64,000 nt of DNA from positions 1,557 through 65,556 of the forward strand of contig JBCAZT010000002.1 of NCBI GenBank assembly GCA_038532855.1. The letters run 5' to 3'. The DNA comes from Pseudomonadota bacterium. Its GTDB lineage: Bacteria; Pseudomonadota; Alphaproteobacteria; Sphingomonadales; Sphingomonadaceae. A model generated the notes under the pieces. The model saw nothing but the letters and a program-made list of their open reading frames with translations. It was not told the origin of the DNA and searched no databases. Position numbers and translations under genes: made by a program. This document shows, piece by piece, positions 58,678 through 64,000 of the stretch (positions are counted from its first letter, which is position 1; each line of letters begins with the position of its first letter).

Positions 58678-59565
58678 TCAGCGTTCGATAAGGTCTTCTC
58701 GATCTGCAACGCGTCGGGGTAGCCTTACATCGTAGACCAGACCAAGCCTCATTAGGCCATTAATGATCCACCAACCCGGATCGGCCTGATTGTCCTCAAG
58801 CCCAATTTTCGCGCTTTCTGGAAAGGCGTGATGATTGTTATGCCAGCACTCACCATATGTGAGCAGGCCCAATCCGGGCAGGTTTGATGCTTGTATTCCT
58901 GCATCTTTCACCAGCCACCGGCCTGGCCCGGGGTTGTGGCAAAAGTAGGTCACTGTCCAATGCCCAGCGGTGCTTACAAAAACGCGAGCGCAAATGCCCC
59001 ATAGGACGAACGGCAACCCGCCAGCCCAGTAAAGCAAAGCTGCCAAAGGGAGTTGTTGCCATCGCCATGTCTTATCGAGCCAACGCACAAATCGATCCTC
59101 TGCCAGATGGTTCTCGATTGTAACTTTGGGAGGGCGCTCAAATTCAAATTTGCAGAACAAATTCCAAGCAAGGTCTACTGGTAAAGACCGCCGGTGCGCG
59201 AAGAAATCGTGGCAGTTCGGCTCGCGCTGCGCCCAATCACGCGTGTCATGGATGCGGATTATCCCGCTTGGCCCAGATACGCCAACGATGGCCCCGATAT
59301 AAATCAGCAGTCGCATCAGCCATGGCTTGGCTGAAAATGTGCGATGGATCATCATTCGGTGCATTCCGACACTGTGACCAATTGATAGGGTCAAATAGGT
59401 CGCCACTAAAAACAAAAGCACTGCCTGCCATGTCGCAAATGCAAAAGCCGCTAAAGTACCGGCCACCATTGCTCCGTTCCATATTGTCTTGGACCAATCT
59501 ATCAGTATGGTGCCTTTGCACGGGTCAGCACCGCGCGCATCCACTCTGACGACGGGCTCCATCAT
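58678..59565 (-). CDS. acyl-CoA (delta-9-like) fatty acid desaturase family protein
   Basis: His boxes HSVGMHRMMIH and HNNHH. 4 TM. ATGA overlap with thiD. Confidence 0.8.
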   Translation of the reverse strand: MMEPVVRVDARGADPCKGTILIDWSKTIWNGAMVAGTLAAFAFATWQAVLLFLVATYLTLSIGHSVGMHRMMIHRTFSAKPWLMRLLIYIGAIVGVSGPSGIIRIHDTRDWAQREPNCHDFFAHRRSLPVDLAWNLFCKFEFERPPKVTIENHLAEDRFVRWLDKTWRWQQLPLAALLYWAGGLPFVLWGICARVFVSTAGHWTVTYFCHNPGPGRWLVKDAGIQASNLPGLGLLTYGECWHNNHHAFPESAKIGLEDNQADPGWWIINGLMRLGLVYDVRLPRRVADREDLIER

Positions 59566-60380
59566 AAGTTGCGCACCGCATGATGCCCTAAGGGACCATT
59601 GCCTGCGCCATAGCCGGGCGCTGCTTCAATTGCGCGCACGACGAAATTGCGTGCCAAGCTTACCGCATGATCGAGAGGTTGGCCGTGCGCTACCAAGGTC
59701 GCGATGGCCGATGACAAGGTGCAGCCAGTGCCATGAGTGTGCTGGCTGTCTATCCGGGCATGTGAATAGCGTTCAAACTTGCCGGTCTCGAACACCAAAG
59801 TGTCGATGATTTGCAAATCTTCGGTATGCCCGCCTTTGGCAAGGACTGCGCAGCCATGCAGATCGGCGAGTTCGCCTGCGGCTTCTTCCATCCGATCGGT
59901 GGTGCGCAATGTTCGGCGCATCAAATGTTCAAGCTCTGGCAGATTGGGGGTTATGAGCGTTGCGAGCGGAAACAGTTTTTCGCGCAAGGTCTCGATCGCT
60001 TCGTCAGCAATCAAGGCAGCTCCCGATGTGGCGATCATTACAGGATCAAGAATGATCGGCACCGCATCATCCACTTGGGCAAGCGCGCCGGCTGTGGCGG
60101 TGATAATCTCTGCATCGTGGAGCATACCGATCTTGATTGCATCCACCCCGATATCAGTCACGCATGATGCGATTTGCTTGGCAACAACTTCGCCGCCCAT
60201 TGGTGCAATGGCCTGGACCCCAACACTGTTTTGGGCTGTCACGCTGGTCACTGCGGTCATCGCGTAACCGCCCAGCATGGTGATCGTTTTGATGTCGGCC
60301 TGAATACCAGCCCCGCCTGAGCTGTCTGAACCAGCTATGGCAAGAATACGGGGTGGTTTTTTTATCGTCGCCTTACCCAC
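59562..60380 (-). CDS. thiD: hydroxymethylpyrimidine/phosphomethylpyrimidine kinase
   Basis: ILAIAGSDSSGGAGIQADIKT, KIGML, GTGCTLSSAIA. GTG start abuts the glmM stop. Confidence 0.93.
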   Translation of the reverse strand: MGKATIKKPPRILAIAGSDSSGGAGIQADIKTITMLGGYAMTAVTSVTAQNSVGVQAIAPMGGEVVAKQIASCVTDIGVDAIKIGMLHDAEIITATAGALAQVDDAVPIILDPVMIATSGAALIADEAIETLREKLFPLATLITPNLPELEHLMRRTLRTTDRMEEAAGELADLHGCAVLAKGGHTEDLQIIDTLVFETGKFERYSHARIDSQHTHGTGCTLSSAIATLVAHGQPLDHAVSLARNFVVRAIEAAPGYGAGNGPLGHHAVRNL

Positions 60381-61718
60381 TTACACCGCCGCGCGGACTG
60401 CATCGCAAATTCTGTCAACGACCGCTTCAACTTGAGCGGGATCATCACCCTCAGCCATTACGCGGATGACTGGTTCTGTGCCTGATGGACGAATGACAAG
60501 CCGCCCCTTTCCTTTCAGTTTGATTTCCGCATCGGCGATGACTTTTTTGACTTCGTCATTCTCCAACGGTTTCCCGCCTGAATAGCGCACGTTCTTCAGC
60601 AGCTGCGGGACCGGATCGAACAGATGCAGGATTTCGCTTGCTGGTTTATCGCTTCGCACAAGGCTGGCGATAACGCGCAAAGCGGCAACGGTGCCATCTC
60701 CCGTGGTGGCATGATCCAGCAGGATCATATGGCCCGATTGTTCGCCGCCCACATTGAAACCGCCTTCTTTCATGCGTTCGAGCACATAGCGATCGCCCAC
60801 TTTGGTGCGTTCGAGCGTTAGGCCGATGCTTTCCAAATATCGCTCAAGCCCAAGGTTGGACATGACTGTGGCGACCACGCCGCCGCCTTTGAGGTATCCC
60901 TTTTCATTCATACGCGTTGCGATAAGCGCCATGATCTGATCGCCATCAACTTTGCGCCCCTTTTCGTCGACCACGATAAGACGGTCTGCATCACCATCCA
61001 GAGCAATTCCGATATGAGCGCCCGTTTCGACGACTTTGGCTTGCAATGCCTCAATCGCGGTGGAGCCGACGCCGTCATTGATATTGGTGCCGTTTGGATT
61101 GACGCCCAGAGTGATGACTTCCGCGCCCAATTCCCAGATTGCCGAAGGGGCCACCTGATAGGCCGCGCCATGCGCGCAATCGACCACGACCTTTAGGCCA
61201 TCGAACCGCGTTTCGCTGGATAGGGACTGCTTTACCGCGTGGATGTAGCGCCCACGCGAATCTTCAATCCTGCGCGCGCGGCCAATGCCTTCGGGGGCAG
61301 CGAGTTGGGGCTCTTGTTCAAACAAACGTTCAATTTCTAGTTCCACGTCATCGGACAGTTTAAATCCGTCGGGTCCAAACAGTTTGATGCCATTATCAGC
61401 ATAAGGGTTGTGGCTCGCTGAAATCATCACACCCAAATCCGCGCGCATCTCCCGTGTGAGCAAAGCTATTGCAGGTGTGGGCAGTGGACCTGTCATGATC
61501 ACATCCATGCCCACACTGGTGAAGCCTGCGACCAGCGCGCTTTCCATCATATAGCCAGAAAGCCGCGTGTCTTTGCCGATTACAACGCGGTGGCGGTGGC
61601 CGCCGCGCATAAAGTAATTGCCTGCCGCCTGTCCCATGCGCATCGCAGTGGTTGCGGTCATAACGCCATCATTGGTGCGGCCTCTTATGCCGTCTGTGCC
61701 AAAGAATTTGCGTGTCAT
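60381..61718 (-). CDS. glmM: phosphoglucosamine mutase
   Basis: [13 protein letters not shown], active-site [19 protein letters not shown]. Confidence 0.97.
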   Translation of the reverse strand: MTRKFFGTDGIRGRTNDGVMTATTAMRMGQAAGNYFMRGGHRHRVVIGKDTRLSGYMMESALVAGFTSVGMDVIMTGPLPTPAIALLTREMRADLGVMISASHNPYADNGIKLFGPDGFKLSDDVELEIERLFEQEPQLAAPEGIGRARRIEDSRGRYIHAVKQSLSSETRFDGLKVVVDCAHGAAYQVAPSAIWELGAEVITLGVNPNGTNINDGVGSTAIEALQAKVVETGAHIGIALDGDADRLIVVDEKGRKVDGDQIMALIATRMNEKGYLKGGGVVATVMSNLGLERYLESIGLTLERTKVGDRYVLERMKEGGFNVGGEQSGHMILLDHATTGDGTVAALRVIASLVRSDKPASEILHLFDPVPQLLKNVRYSGGKPLENDEVKKVIADAEIKLKGKGRLVIRPSGTEPVIRVMAEGDDPAQVEAVVDRICDAVRAAV

Positions 61719-61859
61719 TTTGTGTGAGCCCTCCCTGCGGGCAATTATGCTGTGATTGTCAGGCGCTTCTGGCGCGGTTATCGCCCAAAGGGAAGAGCAA
61801 TTGCGGCTATCAAGACGCTAAAAAGTGTGACACGAATGATGGAAGAGGGATCATTGACA

Positions 61860-63113
61860 ATGGGCGCTGAAGGAGCAAAGCCGCGCTTTGAATTGGTCAC
61901 GATCAAGCTGCCTGTATTGGCGACTTTTGCGGCTTTGATTTTCGGCCTTGGCGCAGGCGTTGTTTTGTCTGATGCGAGTTTGCCAGCATGGTTGACCGAT
62001 CTTGTGTCGGTAATCGGTACCTTGTGGCTTCGCGCGCTGCAAATGACGATTATCCCGCTTGTGGCAAGCCTTCTTGTGCTTGGCCTTACCCAAATGATCG
62101 AAGCGGCAAGCGCGGGTCGGGCAGCACGGCGGTTTATTCTTTTGGTGTTGGGCGTTGCGATCAGCGGTGGTTTGTTCACTGCTTTGGCTTTGCCGCCTTT
62201 GCTGGAAACCTTCACGATCCCCAAAGATGCAGCGTTCTTTATCGCTGATGGTGCGCAAGAGGGGCAGGAAGTTCCTGGTGCGCTGGAATTTCTCAAATCC
62301 TTAGTTGCGCCCAATATAATCGCTGCTGCGGCAGAAACGGCCATGTTGCCGCTGACGATTTTCTTTGCCCTGTTTGCGATTGCACTTTCCCGCTTGCCAG
62401 ACCAGCAAAGCGCGAGCCTTCTTGGGTTTTTCCACGCGCTTGCCAATGCGATGCTGCTGATTATTGGCTGGGTCTTGTGGATTGCCCCTCTTGGCGTGGC
62501 GGCGCTTGCCTTTGGAGTGGGATTGCGCAGTGGCGGGGGGGCGTTCGCGGCGTTGGCTCATTACATTGTGGTCGTCTCGGCAATGGGCGGATTTATCTTT
62601 GTGCTGGCCTATGGATTGGCATGGGCGCTGGGCGGTGTTGCGCCCTGGCGTTTCGCCAAAGCGATCCTGCCCTCCCAGGCCGTGGCGATTTCCACTCAAA
62701 GCTCGCTTGCGAGCCTTCCTGCGATGTTAGACAGCGCGGCGCGGTTGCGTCTCCGGCCTAGCACGGCAGAATTTGTGCTGCCTTTGGCGGTAGCAATCTT
62801 CCGCGCAACCAGCGTGGCGATGAATTTGGCTGTCGCGCTGTATGTCGCGGAACTGGCTGGCATCACCGTCTCATTCCCGCTGATGCTGGTGGGAATTGGC
62901 GTTGCAGTGATCATCTCGGTCGGTTCTGTCAGTCTTCCTGGATCGATCAGCTTTGTGGTTTCCATTGGCCCAATCGCAATTGCTATGGGCGTCCCGGTTG
63001 AACCGCTCGCCTTGCTTGTCGCTGTTGAAATGATCCCGGACATCATGCGCACGCTTGGCAATGTGACGATGAATTTGGCTGTGACGAGCGCGGTGGATCG
63101 TTCGCAAGAATAG
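61860..63113 (+). CDS. dicarboxylate/amino acid:cation symporter (DAACS family)
   Basis: ORF 61752..63113, with the start uncertain (ATG at 61836 or 61860). LWLRALQMTIIPLV, ISTQSSLASLP and a C-terminal re-entrant-loop-like region are typical of the GltP/DctA family. Confidence 0.85.
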   Translation: MGAEGAKPRFELVTIKLPVLATFAALIFGLGAGVVLSDASLPAWLTDLVSVIGTLWLRALQMTIIPLVASLLVLGLTQMIEAASAGRAARRFILLVLGVAISGGLFTALALPPLLETFTIPKDAAFFIADGAQEGQEVPGALEFLKSLVAPNIIAAAAETAMLPLTIFFALFAIALSRLPDQQSASLLGFFHALANAMLLIIGWVLWIAPLGVAALAFGVGLRSGGGAFAALAHYIVVVSAMGGFIFVLAYGLAWALGGVAPWRFAKAILPSQAVAISTQSSLASLPAMLDSAARLRLRPSTAEFVLPLAVAIFRATSVAMNLAVALYVAELAGITVSFPLMLVGIGVAVIISVGSVSLPGSISFVVSIGPIAIAMGVPVEPLALLVAVEMIPDIMRTLGNVTMNLAVTSAVDRSQE

Positions 63114-63117
63114 CTGG

Positions 63118-63762
63118 TTAAGTGTCGCCGGAGGTGTCTTCAAATCCGGCGGAGACTTCGTCCAATTCTTCCAGAATCGCGCGGTGGGCTGTCGCATCAT
63201 CAGTAGAGCGCTGCGGAATGCTGCCTTCAGCGAGCATGGAATTGAGTGTCGCTCGCGCGCGTCCGACCCGGCTTTTAATCGTTCCCACTGCACAGCCGCA
63301 AATCTGCGCGGCCTCTTCGTAAGAAAAGCCGCCAGCGCCGACAAGCAGCAATGCCTCGCGGCGTTCTGGGGGTAATGTCAGCAAAGCGCGGTGCATATCG
63401 GATAGATGGATCGGCTCTTCTTGCCCCGCTGGTGCCGTGAGAATGCGTTCAGCAACGCCTTCATCATATTCTCCGCGAAAACGGTTGCGGCGCATATCGG
63501 TAAGGTAGGCGTTGCGCAAAATAACAAATGTCCAAGCCCGCATTGATGTGCCCGGTTGAAACCGGTCCTGCGCAGCCCACGCTTTGAGCAGTGCTTCCTG
63601 CACCAAATCATCTGCCATATCCGGACGACCGCAAAGGCCGCGCGCAAACGCACGAAGGTGCGGGACAACTTCGGTGAGTTCGCGTTTAAAGTCCGCTTTT
63701 TGTTTGGCGGTGCGCTTTGGCGGCGATGGGGGCGTGTTGTCTCTGGCTTTACTGTCTGTCAC
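63118..63762 (-). CDS. ecfG: general-stress-response ECF sigma factor (EcfG-like)
   Basis: FKRELTEVVPHLRAFARGLCG.PDMADDLVQEALLKAW and region 4 LPPERREALLLVGAGGFSYEEAAQICGCAVGTIKSRVGRAR. The GTG at 63762 overlaps the nepR TGA (GTGA). The ORF could extend to 63795. Confidence 0.8.
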   Translation of the reverse strand: MTDSKARDNTPPSPPKRTAKQKADFKRELTEVVPHLRAFARGLCGRPDMADDLVQEALLKAWAAQDRFQPGTSMRAWTFVILRNAYLTDMRRNRFRGEYDEGVAERILTAPAGQEEPIHLSDMHRALLTLPPERREALLLVGAGGFSYEEAAQICGCAVGTIKSRVGRARATLNSMLAEGSIPQRSTDDATAHRAILEELDEVSAGFEDTSGDT

Positions 63763-63983
63763 GCCGGGGAACCATCGTCTGGGCCTGCGCCGCACTCTGG
63801 CGGTGCATCATCAAGCTGAGCCAGAAGATCCTTGAATGCATCTGGCAAGTCTTCCTCCACGACGGCATCATAGAGCTGTTTAAGCCCTGCCGCCCAATCA
63901 GGATCATCAGATTTGCCTTTCGGCGAATCCGAGCCCTGCGAAGAGTTGGAAGATTTTTCGTTTGATCCCATAAACACATCCAT
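63759..63983 (-). CDS. nepR: NepR-like anti-sigma factor
   Basis: 74 aa, low-complexity N-terminus. Core LKQLYDAVVEEDLPDAFKDLLAQLD matches the NepR sigma-binding helix pattern. Sits immediately upstream of the ECF sigma gene. Confidence 0.7.
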   Translation of the reverse strand: MDVFMGSNEKSSNSSQGSDSPKGKSDDPDWAAGLKQLYDAVVEEDLPDAFKDLLAQLDDAPPECGAGPDDGSPA

Positions 63984-64000
63984 AGCTTGCTGCGGGTGTT

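Overview
64-kb chromosomal segment from an alphaproteobacterium. Gene content, a NepR-EcfG module, a SigF-NrsF module and GC-rich REP-like palindromes suggest something Sphingomonadales/Erythrobacteraceae-like, but the taxon is inference only. I call about 60 tightly packed protein genes, many with ATGA or GTGA start/stop overlaps. I saw no rRNA, tRNA or CRISPR array by eye. Housekeeping genes: katG (5' part, running off the left edge), ahpCF, aroC, ruvA/ruvB, acnA, ispG, pheA, rlmE, a Ppx/GppA phosphatase, thiD and glmM. Points worth a second look: (1) A bufferin-like RiPP gene set (DUF2282 Cys-rich precursor, DUF692/MNIO enzyme, DUF2063, DoxX) lies next to its own ECF sigma/anti-sigma pair (SigF/NrsF-like). 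It is split over two divergent transcription units, each preceded by the same GTAAC(C/G)-N16-CGAA motif. (2) A six-gene, translationally coupled MoxR module (DUF4129, DUF4350, MoxR, DUF58, SpoIIM-like, RDD) has no known function and ends in an overlapping class A beta-lactamase gene. (3) A GIY-YIG nuclease cassette bounded by 30-bp inverted repeats, plus an unknown membrane ORF, is wedged between ruvA and ruvB. (4) A 511-aa Ser/Thr/Gly repeat surface protein carries a PEP-CTERM-like tail. (5) A Ser/Thr kinase-linked ECF sigma factor sits next to an MMPL / LolA-like / outer-membrane-barrel operon. (6) There are several palindromic repeat families, a 37-bp perfect inverted repeat centred in the aroC/ruvA divergent region, and a 269-bp MITE-like element. 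All protein calls rest on motif recognition in the supplied translations. No database search was run.
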